DNA of 64,000 nt. Origin: an uncultured Paraflavitalea sp. GTDB taxonomy: Bacteria; Bacteroidota; Bacteroidia; Chitinophagales; Chitinophagaceae. Made by a program: the position numbers and the translations under genes. Of this stretch, positions 53,471 to 63,002 are shown piece by piece. The notes below the pieces were generated by a model, which saw nothing but the letters and a program-made list of their open reading frames with translations, ran no database searches and had not been told where the DNA came from. The first letter of the stretch is position 1. The number at the start of each line of letters is the position of its first letter. The DNA is taken from contig CBIHOV010000011.1 in NCBI GenBank assembly GCA_966211765.1, positions 109,444 through 173,443 of the forward strand. The letters are read 5' to 3'.

Positions 53471-55180
53471 ATGAGATACCTGTTCGCCATTGCCTTCTTT
53501 TTAGTCATATTTAACGTTAGCGCACAACAGCCTGTTTCAATTACCTATGCCGCTAAACAAAATAACGGGCCATTGGATGGCCGGCTGCTCCTCCTGCTGT
53601 CCAACAACAACCGCACGGAACCCCGTTTTCAGATTGCCGATGGGCCGCAAACACAGCTGGCATTTGGCATCGATGTAGAGAACTGGAAAGCGGGCGAGTC
53701 AAAAATGGTTACTCAAACAGCCTTTGGCTATCCCATTCAAAGCCTGGCCCAGGTGCCACCGGGTGAATACTACGTGCAGGCACTGCTACACCGGTATGAA
53801 ACATTTCACCGCAAAGATGGTCACACCGTAAAACTGCCGATGGACAGGGGAGAAGGACAACAATGGAACCAGGCCCCCGGTAATCTCTATTCCAAACCAG
53901 TCAAAATACGCATTGATGCCCGCCTCAGGAATATCATCCGCCTGGAACTTACTGAGAGCATTCCACCCGTCAAAGAACCCGAAGACACCAAATACATTAA
54001 GCACATCAAAATACAAAGCAAGCTCCTTACAGAGTTTTGGGGACGCCCCATGTACCTGGGCGCGCATATTTTATTACCCGAAGGCTGGGACACCCATCCA
54101 GCGGTGAAATACCCCCTGGCCATCTTTCATGGTCATTTTCCGGATGATTTTGATGGCTTCCGTACCATCCCGCCCGACTCCACCCTCAAGCCCGATTACA
54201 TAGAACGCTTCAAACTCTCCGGCTACAATAAGATCGTACAGCAGGAAGCTTATAATTTCTATAAACAATGGACCGGACCCGGTTTCCCACGTGTCATTGC
54301 CATCGAGATCCAGCATGCCAATCCTTATTATGATGATTCCTATGCCGTCAACAGTGCCAACCTCGGCCCTTATGGTGATGCCATCATATATGAACTCATT
54401 CCTGAAATTGAAAAACGCTTCCGGGGCATAGGCGAGGGCTGGGCCCGCTTCATGTACGGCGGCAGCACCGGCGGATGGGAAGTGTTGGCTGCACAGGTTT
54501 TCTACCCTGACCAATTCAATGGTTGTTATGCCGCCTGCCCCGATCCCATCGACTTCAGGGCCTATACAGTAATAGATCTATACAAAGACAAGAACGCTTA
54601 TTTCCTGCAAAGTGACTTCAAAAAAACACCCAGGCCGGGCAGCAGGAATTATTTGGGGCATGTAAGCGCTACCGTGCAGGAGATTAATTACCGCGAACTT
54701 GTACTCGGTACAAAAAGCCGCAGTGGCCAGCAGTTTGATATCTGGGAAGCTGTGTATTCACCTGTAGCCGCTGATGGATATCCCAGGCCCATCTGGGATA
54801 AACGCACCGGCGTTATCGACAGCACCGTGGCGGCCTATTGGAAAGAGCACTATGACCTCTCCTACATTATGAAAAGAGACTGGGCAAAAATTGGCAATAA
54901 ACTAAAAGGGAAGGTCCATATTTACTGTGGTGATATGGATACTTACTATCTCAACAATGCCGTATACCTCACCGAGGAAATGCTGAAGGCCCTCGATAAT
55001 CCCACCTACGATGGCCAGGTAGATTATGGCGACCGGGCCGAACATTGCTGGAATGGCGATCATACACAGCCCAATTATATTTCCCGGCTCCGCTATCACC
55101 AGATGTTCATTCCCAAATGGGCCGAAGAGATGAAAAAGCGCGCCCCTGCCGATGCCGACCTAAACAGCTGGCGTTATTAA
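53471..55180 (+). CDS. secreted hypothetical protein, probable esterase-family alpha/beta hydrolase
   Basis: 569 aa with a signal peptide. MYGGSTGGWEVLAAQ looks like a GxSxG nucleophile elbow as in the esterase D/enterochelin-esterase family. The assignment is tentative. Confidence 0.45.
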   Translation: MRYLFAIAFFLVIFNVSAQQPVSITYAAKQNNGPLDGRLLLLLSNNNRTEPRFQIADGPQTQLAFGIDVENWKAGESKMVTQTAFGYPIQSLAQVPPGEYYVQALLHRYETFHRKDGHTVKLPMDRGEGQQWNQAPGNLYSKPVKIRIDARLRNIIRLELTESIPPVKEPEDTKYIKHIKIQSKLLTEFWGRPMYLGAHILLPEGWDTHPAVKYPLAIFHGHFPDDFDGFRTIPPDSTLKPDYIERFKLSGYNKIVQQEAYNFYKQWTGPGFPRVIAIEIQHANPYYDDSYAVNSANLGPYGDAIIYELIPEIEKRFRGIGEGWARFMYGGSTGGWEVLAAQVFYPDQFNGCYAACPDPIDFRAYTVIDLYKDKNAYFLQSDFKKTPRPGSRNYLGHVSATVQEINYRELVLGTKSRSGQQFDIWEAVYSPVAADGYPRPIWDKRTGVIDSTVAAYWKEHYDLSYIMKRDWAKIGNKLKGKVHIYCGDMDTYYLNNAVYLTEEMLKALDNPTYDGQVDYGDRAEHCWNGDHTQPNYISRLRYHQMFIPKWAEEMKKRAPADADLNSWRY

Positions 55181-55209
55181 ATAAGCAAGGGCCCTGCCAC
55201 CAAATAAAA

Positions 55210-55247
55210 AACCATGCATCACTCATTGTTATGATAGATGCATGGTT
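55210..55247 (-). terminator. adk terminator
   Basis: AACCATGCATC / GATGCATGGTT form a perfect 11-bp stem. On the minus strand it is followed by TTTTTATTTG. Confidence 0.75.
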
Positions 55248-55274
55248 GTAATATGGTAATGATAAACTTTGCTC

Positions 55275-55856
55275 TTATGCCAACTGACGTGCTTCGATCT
55301 GTCTGCTCAGCGAATGGAAGATCTCGTCAATACTGCCTACGCCCTTTACATACACCACTTTGCCAAAGCCGGCATAATAGCCCGCTACAGGTGCTGTTTT
55401 ATTTTCATATTCTACCAGCCTGGCGCGGATAACATCCTCATTGGTATCATCGCTGCGGCCGGAGCTTTTGCCACGGTTCAGCAGGCGTGCTACCAGCTCT
55501 TCGCGGTCTACTTCCAGTGCCAGCACAATAGCTATTTCAGAAGCTTTTCCAGCCAGCAGGCTGTCCAGCGCTTCTGCCTGGGCCACCGTGCGTGGAAAAC
55601 CATCAAATAAAAATCCCTTCGCCTGAGGATTGGCATCCAGGGCAGAACCGATCATTCCGATCACTACTGCATCCGGCACCAGCTGCCCCTTATCCATAAA
55701 ACTCTTTGCCTCCAGGCCCAGTTTGGTCTGATTAGCAATCTCTTCACGCAACAAATTGCCCGTGGAAAGATGGATCAGGCCATACTTCTCAATAAGTTTC
55801 TCAGACTGTGTTCCCTTTCCGCTTCCGGGAGGGCCAAATAAAATCAGGTTAAACAT
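55275..55856 (-). CDS. adk: adenylate kinase
   Basis: 193 aa. P-loop GPPGSGKGTQ and the short (no zinc lid) Adk layout. Confidence 0.95.
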   Translation of the reverse strand: MFNLILFGPPGSGKGTQSEKLIEKYGLIHLSTGNLLREEIANQTKLGLEAKSFMDKGQLVPDAVVIGMIGSALDANPQAKGFLFDGFPRTVAQAEALDSLLAGKASEIAIVLALEVDREELVARLLNRGKSSGRSDDTNEDVIRARLVEYENKTAPVAGYYAGFGKVVYVKGVGSIDEIFHSLSRQIEARQLA

Positions 55857-56034
55857 GATACTTACTTCACTTGATGAATGGACAAATATAAAGGAACACC
55901 CTTAAAAATCCTTTAACATTCCCCGGTTTCTGATTAAAAATTGGTGAGAAAACCCGCTGTTCCTTTGTAGAAAAGAAAATGTTAAGTTGCATTTATTGTC
56001 ACCTGCCCGACAACCTGAACGAACCCTTGCCTCG

Positions 56035-56042
56035 TAAGTTTG
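56035..56042 (+). promoter_or_regulatory. -7 promoter box for msrB
   Basis: TAAGTTTG (TAnnTTTG), 9 nt before the first ATG at 56052. Confidence 0.4.
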
Positions 56043-56051
56043 TTATAAATC

Positions 56052-56648
56052 ATGCACATGAAACGAATATCCCAATACCTGGCGATCCTCTTGCTGGCAA
56101 CCCTTTTGCAGCATTGCAGCTATTCCCAGTCCACCGACAACCAGAAAAAAATAGTTATGAGTAATACCAAAAAAGATACCACCAATCCCGTTTATTCCCG
56201 CACCGATACGTCCAAAGTGGATATATCCAACGAAGAGTGGAAGAAAGTCCTGCCCGACGACATCTATTATATCGCCAGGATGAAAGGCACAGAACGCCCG
56301 GGTACCAGCCCATTTGAGCATTCAAAAGAGGTAGGTACGTATTATTGCGCCGCCTGTGGCAATGCCCTCTTTAAGAGCGATACGAAATTTGAAAGCGGCT
56401 GCGGATGGCCCAGCTTCTATGCCCCCATCAGCAAAACCAGCATTATCTACCTGCCCGATAATACCCATGGAATGAACCGCACAGAAGTAGAATGCGGTCG
56501 CTGCAAAGCCCACCTGGGCCACGTTTTTGAAGATGGACCTCCTCCCACAGGGTTGCGTTATTGCATCAATGGCGTAGTGCTCGACTTCGGAAAAGCCAAA
56601 GAAGCCGAAACGAAATACAACGAAGACAAAAAGAAGAAAGGCGAATAA
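56052..56648 (+). CDS. msrB: peptide-methionine (R)-S-oxide reductase with N-terminal signal/lipoprotein-like extension
   Basis: SelR domain with Zn CxxC pairs (CAACGNAL, CGRCKAHLGHVF) and the catalytic RYCING. An N-terminal hydrophobic leader ends in LLQHCS. Confidence 0.88.
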   Translation: MHMKRISQYLAILLLATLLQHCSYSQSTDNQKKIVMSNTKKDTTNPVYSRTDTSKVDISNEEWKKVLPDDIYYIARMKGTERPGTSPFEHSKEVGTYYCAACGNALFKSDTKFESGCGWPSFYAPISKTSIIYLPDNTHGMNRTEVECGRCKAHLGHVFEDGPPPTGLRYCINGVVLDFGKAKEAETKYNEDKKKKGE

Positions 56649-56672
56649 TATAGCCTGCCGCAAGCTATAAAA

Positions 56673-56708
56673 TGGGCAGCCCGTTCAAAAGGGCTGCCCA
56701 TTTTTTTT
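56673..56708 (+). terminator. msrB terminator
   Basis: TGGGCAGCCC-GTTCAAAA-GGGCTGCCCA forms a perfect 10-bp stem followed by T8. Confidence 0.85.
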
Positions 56709-56791
56709 ATATAGGCCTTTAACAGAAAATGCTATATATGCTGCAAAAGTATATATTTACTTACAGTGAACCTTTACAAACCTTCTTCAAA

Positions 56792-56839
56792 CCATGTGTC
56801 AAATAGGTGCCGTTCATTGGAGCCCCCTTTGACACATGG
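56792..56839. other. 12-bp perfect hairpin in the long msrB-susC spacer
   Basis: CCATGTGTCAAA (56792-56803) / TTTGACACATGG (56828-56839) with a 24-nt loop and no T-run. Function unknown. Confidence 0.5.
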
Positions 56840-57103
56840 ATGGTATAAGGATGAGGCCAGGTTTACACAAGGTTCGTTCACCTCCCACTTGTCCCAACCA
56901 TTAGTTAGTACGCTTTAAAAGCGGACCTCAACTGGATCATAACTACACTTAAACAGGGGCACTAGCCCTTTCCGCCGCCATTGGTAATTCCAGGGCAGAA
57001 AGATCTGAAGAAGCGGTAAAGCCCGTTAATCGGCCTTTTCAAGGCTCCCCAGTACCCCTAAACAAGATTAAAAATGGGCGGAAATTAAAAACTTATTTGG
57101 AAT

Positions 57104-57144
57104 TGTGTATAGATTACACATTATATTTGTGTAGCAGATACACA
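57104..57144. promoter_or_regulatory. two tandem 17-bp palindromes (TGTGTA-N5-TACACA) bracketing the susC -7 box
   Basis: TGTGTATAGATTACACA (57104-57120) and TGTGTAGCAGATACACA (57128-57144). TATATTTG (57122-57129, TAnnTTTG) lies between them and overlaps the second. The susC ATG is at 57175. Confidence 0.6.
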
Positions 57145-57174
57145 TTATTAATACACCTAAACGAAAGCTTGTTT

Positions 57175-60100
57175 ATGATGCCGAAACGATCGCTTGTGGG
57201 GGTCTTGACTCTCCTCTTGTGCATTCCTGTATTCTCATGGGCACAGAGCAAAACCGTTACCGGTAAAATTACAGATGCCAGCAATGGTACTCCTGTTCCC
57301 GGAGCTTCGGTCACCGCCAAAGGTTCCAAAGTGGGAACCTCTTCCAAGGCAGATGGCAGTTTTTCCTTAACCATTCCTGCCGCAACAGCAACTTTAACTA
57401 TTTCCGGCGTAGGTTTCGAATCACAGGATGTACCTGTGGCTGCCGATGTTATCATCGTCTCCCTCAGGGCTTCTGGGTCCAACCTCAATGAGGTAGTGGT
57501 GATCGGTTATGGCACCCAGCGTCGCCGCGATGTAACCGGAGCTATTACCAAGGTCAGCGCCGAAAAGATCACCTCCATTGCTGCACCCAGCTTTGAAGCT
57601 GCTCTCCAGGGTAAAGCGCCTGGTGTGCAGGTGATACAGGGTAGTGGATTGGCCGGCTCTGGCTCGGTGATCCGCATCCGGGGCATTGCCTCCATTGGCG
57701 CCGGTGCCGATCCCCTCTATGTGGTCGATGGCATTCCTATCATATCCGATCCATTTCTGCGTACCAACAGTGGCGGTATGAACCAAAATGCCCTCGCAGC
57801 TATCAACCCCAACGATATTGAGTCCATCGAAATATTGAAAGACGCCGCTGCAGCCGGTATTTACGGTAGCCGGGGGTCCAATGGTGTCATCCTGATTACC
57901 ACCAAACGTGGTAAAGCCGGCAAGCCAGTCTACAACTACAATAATAAAATTGGTATCTCTACCTATGCCAACAGGCCCGATTTTGTGAGTGGCCCCGAAT
58001 GGCTGCAACTTCGCCAGGAGGCCTGGGAAAATGATGGCAACACCGGCAAAGCCCCGCTGCCTGGTGGCGTCACCTGGGAGCAGGCTTCAAAAAACAACAC
58101 CGACTGGTGGGATCAGCTTACCCGCAACGGTTTCATCAATGAGCATAGCCTGAGCATGACGCAGGGCAACAAGCTGGTGAAAAGTTTTGTAGGCGCCACC
58201 TACAGTGAAAACCAAAGCTACCTCAAGAATAACAGTTATGTGCGCCTCGGGTTGAGTACCAACTTTGATTTTACCATCAATCACAGGTTCAAAGCCAACA
58301 TAAGCGCCGCCTACAACCGCGGTATCAACAAACGTGTTCCCGCAGCGTGGGCTGGTGGTTTGGGCGATGCCATGAGTACCGCTTTACCGATCTATCCGGT
58401 CTATAATGATGACAAGACCTGGTTTACCGGTGGCGCCAATCCTGTTCGCCGCCTCAATGAAACACTCTGGAGAAATACCGACAATCGCATCATAGGTGGA
58501 TTGATACTCGATTATGAAGTGATCAAAAACCTCAACATTCGTGTCAATGGTTCTTATGATTACCTCAGCGGAATAGACGATCAGTGGGAGTCAGGCAACT
58601 GGATCAATGACACACAAAAACCCGGTCTGGCAAAGCGTTCGCCCTACCGGGGCAAGAACTGGGTCGCTTCCGGAACTGCAACCTACAACTGGACTTATAA
58701 GGATGACCACCGTTTTACCTTCCTGGCAGGCATCGAATTCCAGGAAAAGAGTTTTATCAACAGGGTGTATGTAGAAAAGAATTCAGACAAGCCTTTCTAC
58801 AAAAACAGGTCCTTGTACAAACATGCGCTTGACTCCATCAAGCAAACTGCCACAGCGCTCAACGGCCCCTCTTATAATGCAGAAACCTTTGCCAGTGCGT
58901 TTGGCCGTATCAACTACGTTTACAAAGAGCGCTATGCCTTACAGGCTTCTGTACGCCGTGATGGTTCTTCCAAATTCGGTCCCAATAAGAAGTATGGTGT
59001 ATTCCCTACCATTTCTGCCGGCTGGACCATCAGTCAGGAGGATTTCATGAAAGGCTTTACATTCATCAACTTCCTGAAGTTTCGCGCCAGTTATGGTTTA
59101 ACGGGTAACTCAGGCATTCCTTCAGGGCAGTATTACGATACTTATTTTGCAGGTAACCCATACAATACTCAACCTACCTTATATCCCGGCAACGTAGGTA
59201 ATCCCGATCTGCATTGGGAAGAAACAACCAATACCGATCTGGCCATAGAATTTGCTGCTTTAAATAACCGTATTACCGGTGAAGTAGCTTATTACAATAA
59301 GAAAACGACCGACCTCTTGCTCAATACCGCCATCTCTCCTTCTACCAGCTTTGGTACAAGTTTCCGCAATGTGGATGGCAGTGAAATATTAAACCGCGGT
59401 ATTGAAATAAGTCTGAACGTAAAAGTGGTTAATAAAAAAGACCTTACGTTTAGCGTTGGTGGCAACATTGCCAAAAATTACAACGAACTCATCAGCCTGG
59501 GTGGCCTGAGTGCCGATGCGGCAGGGGGTGGTAGCAATGATACCCGTGTAGTAACCGGTTATCCTATTGGTACCAACTATCTCGTACGCTATTATGGCGT
59601 TGACCCCAACGATGGTCTGCCCATTTGGTACGACAAAGGTGGCAAACTTACCAAAACCTTCAGCCTCGATAACCGCATGCCCGTAGGTTCGGTAGTGCCT
59701 GATTTTATCGGGGGCATCAACCACAACCTCAGCTATAAAGGTTTTGAATTTACCAGCTTATGGACATTCACCATCGGTGGAAATATCTATGATGGTTCTG
59801 CCAAAAGGCAGGATGGTATAGTGACCGATTGGGTTATCCGCCGCGACCTGCTCGACAGGTGGCAGAAGCCGGGCGACCAGGCTAAGTTCCCCCGCCTCAC
59901 CATGAATACAGGCACCTATGCCGGTTTGAGCAGCGAATGGCAATACAACAGTACCATGTTCCTGTACGACGCATCTTACCTGCGTTTGCGTGAACTATCA
60001 CTTGGCTACCGCTTTGATACCAAACTCCTCACCAGGCTTCATGTAAAAGGCGCCCGCGTATTTGTAACAGGTATGAACCTGCTCACCTTTACCAAATATC

Positions 60101-60228
60101 CCGGTGGCGATCCTGAAATAGCCCGTGATTTTGAAAATGCAACAGACCGTAACCTTAGCCCCAACATTACTTACCTCACCCCGCCTCAGCAGAAATCGTG
60201 GGTAATAGGGTTAAATGTTACATTCTAA
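57175..60228 (+). CDS. SusC/RagA-family TonB-dependent outer-membrane transporter
   Basis: Signal peptide, CarboxypepD_reg-like start (TVTGKITDASNGTPVPGASV), plug region NEVVVIGYGTQRRRDVTGAI and the C-terminal barrel ending ...GLNVTF. I prefer the start at 57175 over the track start at 57097. Confidence 0.92.
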   Translation: MMPKRSLVGVLTLLLCIPVFSWAQSKTVTGKITDASNGTPVPGASVTAKGSKVGTSSKADGSFSLTIPAATATLTISGVGFESQDVPVAADVIIVSLRASGSNLNEVVVIGYGTQRRRDVTGAITKVSAEKITSIAAPSFEAALQGKAPGVQVIQGSGLAGSGSVIRIRGIASIGAGADPLYVVDGIPIISDPFLRTNSGGMNQNALAAINPNDIESIEILKDAAAAGIYGSRGSNGVILITTKRGKAGKPVYNYNNKIGISTYANRPDFVSGPEWLQLRQEAWENDGNTGKAPLPGGVTWEQASKNNTDWWDQLTRNGFINEHSLSMTQGNKLVKSFVGATYSENQSYLKNNSYVRLGLSTNFDFTINHRFKANISAAYNRGINKRVPAAWAGGLGDAMSTALPIYPVYNDDKTWFTGGANPVRRLNETLWRNTDNRIIGGLILDYEVIKNLNIRVNGSYDYLSGIDDQWESGNWINDTQKPGLAKRSPYRGKNWVASGTATYNWTYKDDHRFTFLAGIEFQEKSFINRVYVEKNSDKPFYKNRSLYKHALDSIKQTATALNGPSYNAETFASAFGRINYVYKERYALQASVRRDGSSKFGPNKKYGVFPTISAGWTISQEDFMKGFTFINFLKFRASYGLTGNSGIPSGQYYDTYFAGNPYNTQPTLYPGNVGNPDLHWEETTNTDLAIEFAALNNRITGEVAYYNKKTTDLLLNTAISPSTSFGTSFRNVDGSEILNRGIEISLNVKVVNKKDLTFSVGGNIAKNYNELISLGGLSADAAGGGSNDTRVVTGYPIGTNYLVRYYGVDPNDGLPIWYDKGGKLTKTFSLDNRMPVGSVVPDFIGGINHNLSYKGFEFTSLWTFTIGGNIYDGSAKRQDGIVTDWVIRRDLLDRWQKPGDQAKFPRLTMNTGTYAGLSSEWQYNSTMFLYDASYLRLRELSLGYRFDTKLLTRLHVKGARVFVTGMNLLTFTKYPGGDPEIARDFENATDRNLSPNITYLTPPQQKSWVIGLNVTF

Positions 60229-60248
60229 ACAATCAAATGCACGCAACA

Positions 60249-61631
60249 ATGAAAAAAGCTATCTATATAATATTGCTGGGATGCGTAGCAGTGTATGCTT
60301 CATCCTGCAACAAGTTTCTCGAACGAAAACCATCGGGAGCGTTTACGGAAGACGAAGCGCTTAAGGCCGATGCTGACCTGCAGGCCCTCATCAATGGCTC
60401 CTATACCGATTACTGCAACAAGGTATACAACGGTAAGCTCCAATGGATAGAAGACCTCCTGGGCGATCAGGCAGTTGGTACTTTATACACGGGTGATGAC
60501 GGCGAGATATTTAAGCGCAAGACTTCCATCTTTGGTGATTACAAGAACGGTATGTATACCGATATGTATCGTCCGGCCTATAATGGCAACAAAGTGTTGG
60601 ATAATATAGACAAGGCAGGTGCCGGAAGAAATGTCATTGAAGGACAGGCCTACTTCCTGCGGGCACTTACCCATTTTGATGCTGTTCGCCTCTGGGCCCA
60701 GCCCTGGGGTTATAGCGCCGACAATTCGCACGCTGGTATCGTATTACGTACAGCATCAGATATCGTACCCGGCGTGCGCAATACGGTGAAAGAAGTGTAT
60801 GAATCCATCATAGCCGACCTGAAAAAGGCCGAGAATTTACTGGCCGATGAGGTGGTGCTGGGCTTTGCCAATAAATGGTCTGCCAAAGCATTTCTTGCCA
60901 GGGTGTATTTCATGCAAAATGATTTCGCCAATGCCTTTACTTATGCCGACCAGGTTATTAAGAGCAATAAATTCCTGTTGGATGCATCTTATGCCAATCG
61001 TTTTTCCATCGGGCTTTCCAAAGAGATCATCTTTGGATTTAAGTTTGTAGACAACAATCTCTATCCCGGAGGTGAACTGAGAAATCGTTACCGCAGCGAT
61101 GTAGGTTTCAATGCCCAGGGCAGGTTTAATGTAACCAGTGTATTTTATGCAGCAGCTACTACTGCCGGAGATGTGCGGGGCACTGCCTGGTACAGTACCA
61201 CCCTGGCACCCGGATACAACGTACTCACCAAGTACAACAAGAACAATTTTGATGTGCCCCTTATGGGCCTTACAGAAATAAAGCTCATCCGTGCAGAAGC
61301 GGGTGCTGAAACAGGTGGCGCCAACCTGGCAATTGCCATTACTGACATCAACGACATACTTACCCGCGCTTACGGTGGTACTTCTAAAAACCTGCCTGCA
61401 AATGCCCTGGCAGCAACAGTTATCAGTACTGCACGTCGTGAAAGAGAATTGGAACTGGTAGGTGAAGGCAATCGCATCCAGGAGATCAAACGCATAGGCG
61501 CCCGTTCCGGTCTTAATATCGATCGCCGCGGCGGCCGTTGGAACTGTCCCGGACTAGCTCTGCAATTTCCCATTAGTGAACAAGCTGCCAATGCTTCCTT
61601 CCAGATGAACCAGGAAGGCGGTTGTGATTAA
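60249..61631 (+). CDS. SusD/RagB-family nutrient-binding lipoprotein
   Basis: MKKAIYIILLGCVAVYASSC lipobox, TPR-like SusD blocks (FLRALTHFDAVRLW, IRAEA), and a position immediately after susC. Confidence 0.88.
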   Translation: MKKAIYIILLGCVAVYASSCNKFLERKPSGAFTEDEALKADADLQALINGSYTDYCNKVYNGKLQWIEDLLGDQAVGTLYTGDDGEIFKRKTSIFGDYKNGMYTDMYRPAYNGNKVLDNIDKAGAGRNVIEGQAYFLRALTHFDAVRLWAQPWGYSADNSHAGIVLRTASDIVPGVRNTVKEVYESIIADLKKAENLLADEVVLGFANKWSAKAFLARVYFMQNDFANAFTYADQVIKSNKFLLDASYANRFSIGLSKEIIFGFKFVDNNLYPGGELRNRYRSDVGFNAQGRFNVTSVFYAAATTAGDVRGTAWYSTTLAPGYNVLTKYNKNNFDVPLMGLTEIKLIRAEAGAETGGANLAIAITDINDILTRAYGGTSKNLPANALAATVISTARRERELELVGEGNRIQEIKRIGARSGLNIDRRGGRWNCPGLALQFPISEQAANASFQMNQEGGCD

Positions 61632-61653
61632 TAAACCCATTCAACTAAGTAGT

Positions 61654-62154
61654 ATGAAGACGATACAATTTCTAACGATACTCTTTATGGCCGGGTTATT
61701 ATTCACCGGCTGCAAGCCCGATAGCTATGACCCCATCGGCACCGCCAATGACAACATCACTGCTATATCAGGCGCATGGAAACTAACCAAGGTTACTCAA
61801 ACAGATGCAGAGTCACAACGCAAGGGCTTCCCCTATGCAGTTGAAGACATCACCACGCTCTTTAACTATGCTTCCCTGCAGCTGACCTTCAACCTGGCCA
61901 GTGGTGCCCCCTCCACCTTTACCATCAACAATGGTTCAGCGCCTCCTATTACTGGTATTACTTCAGGCACCTGGTCGGTAGATGACATAAAAGCACCGAA
62001 AACCATTTCGCTAAAAAGCGGGGCTGTTACAGAAACGATGACATTGGGTGGTTATCCCAACTCAGTGAACGGCAAATTAAAAGTAAAGGTTACACGGACC
62101 GATGCAGCCACCAATAAGCTGCTCATTGTGTATGATTATGAATTTTCCCGTTAA
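61654..62154 (+). CDS. PUL-associated hypothetical lipoprotein
   Basis: MKTIQFLTILFMAGLLFTGC lipobox; about 166 aa and beta-rich. Confidence 0.5.
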   Translation: MKTIQFLTILFMAGLLFTGCKPDSYDPIGTANDNITAISGAWKLTKVTQTDAESQRKGFPYAVEDITTLFNYASLQLTFNLASGAPSTFTINNGSAPPITGITSGTWSVDDIKAPKTISLKSGAVTETMTLGGYPNSVNGKLKVKVTRTDAATNKLLIVYDYEFSR

Positions 62155-62172
62155 CCCCTCAAAGAAGCTATT

Positions 62173-62970
62173 ATGAAAAAAATATTAATCCTTTCACTCA
62201 TTATAATAGGCAGCCAACTGGCAATGTCACAGTGTGTATTCGAGACCTACACCATCAACCCGCCTACCTTCACCGCCGAAGATGAGATTACCATCAACTT
62301 CGATTTTACGGGCACCACACTGGCAGGTGAAACAGACTTGTATTTGTGGACCTGGTCCAACAAAGACGCCACCGGTTTTACCGGTAAAGACGGTATTGTC
62401 AATACCGAATGGGGTAACTCTCCTGCCACAGCCAAATTGAGCCCTGTGGCCGGTTCTCCCAACAAGTTCACCTACAAGTTTACCGCTACTACTATGTACA
62501 ATCAGGCGCCTGGTCAATTGAAGCATTTTCAATTCCTGGCCAAAACAAAGAGTGGCAGCAAGCAGTCATGCGACAGCAAGGTGAATACTTTCGATCCGCT
62601 GGTATTTGTAGCAAGCATGTTGCGCATATTCCCGGCAAGAGTAGGGCAAAATGATGTAGCGTCACTCTACTTCCACCAGGATCTCGCAAGTACCACCAAT
62701 GAGCAGCGCATGGAGCCCGTATCAGTAACTGTAGAGGTGTTCGACAATACCAATACTTCAGCTGGCCAGCCACTGACATTACCTGTAAAGAATGCCGGCG
62801 CCAAACTGTGGAAGGCCTTCTTTGTGCCTACCCGTTCTTATACGCCCGGCGCAGGAAAGAAATTCACCCGCTTCACCTACAAGTTCAATGGAACTGTACG
62901 TGATGCCAATAACCAGCCGGTGACGGTTAGCACTGCCGCCGTTGAAGTGCTCCTGGCTGATATGAAATAA
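62173..62970 (+). CDS. PUL-associated hypothetical secreted protein
   Basis: 265 aa with a signal peptide; beta-rich. I recognise no family. Confidence 0.5.
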   Translation: MKKILILSLIIIGSQLAMSQCVFETYTINPPTFTAEDEITINFDFTGTTLAGETDLYLWTWSNKDATGFTGKDGIVNTEWGNSPATAKLSPVAGSPNKFTYKFTATTMYNQAPGQLKHFQFLAKTKSGSKQSCDSKVNTFDPLVFVASMLRIFPARVGQNDVASLYFHQDLASTTNEQRMEPVSVTVEVFDNTNTSAGQPLTLPVKNAGAKLWKAFFVPTRSYTPGAGKKFTRFTYKFNGTVRDANNQPVTVSTAAVEVLLADMK

Positions 62971-63002
62971 TATCTCTCTAAACATTAATAATAATGTTGC
63001 TT

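Noticed and set aside
56709-57174. A possible riboswitch (cobalamin, TPP) in front of the TonB-dependent SusC-like transporter.
   Set aside because: I could not find the conserved cores (a B12 box such as GCCACTG with its surrounding context, or the TPP CTGAGA...ACCTGATCTGGATAATGCCAGCG-like elements). The gene is a SusC/SusD PUL pair rather than a BtuB-type receptor. An Infernal scan would settle it.
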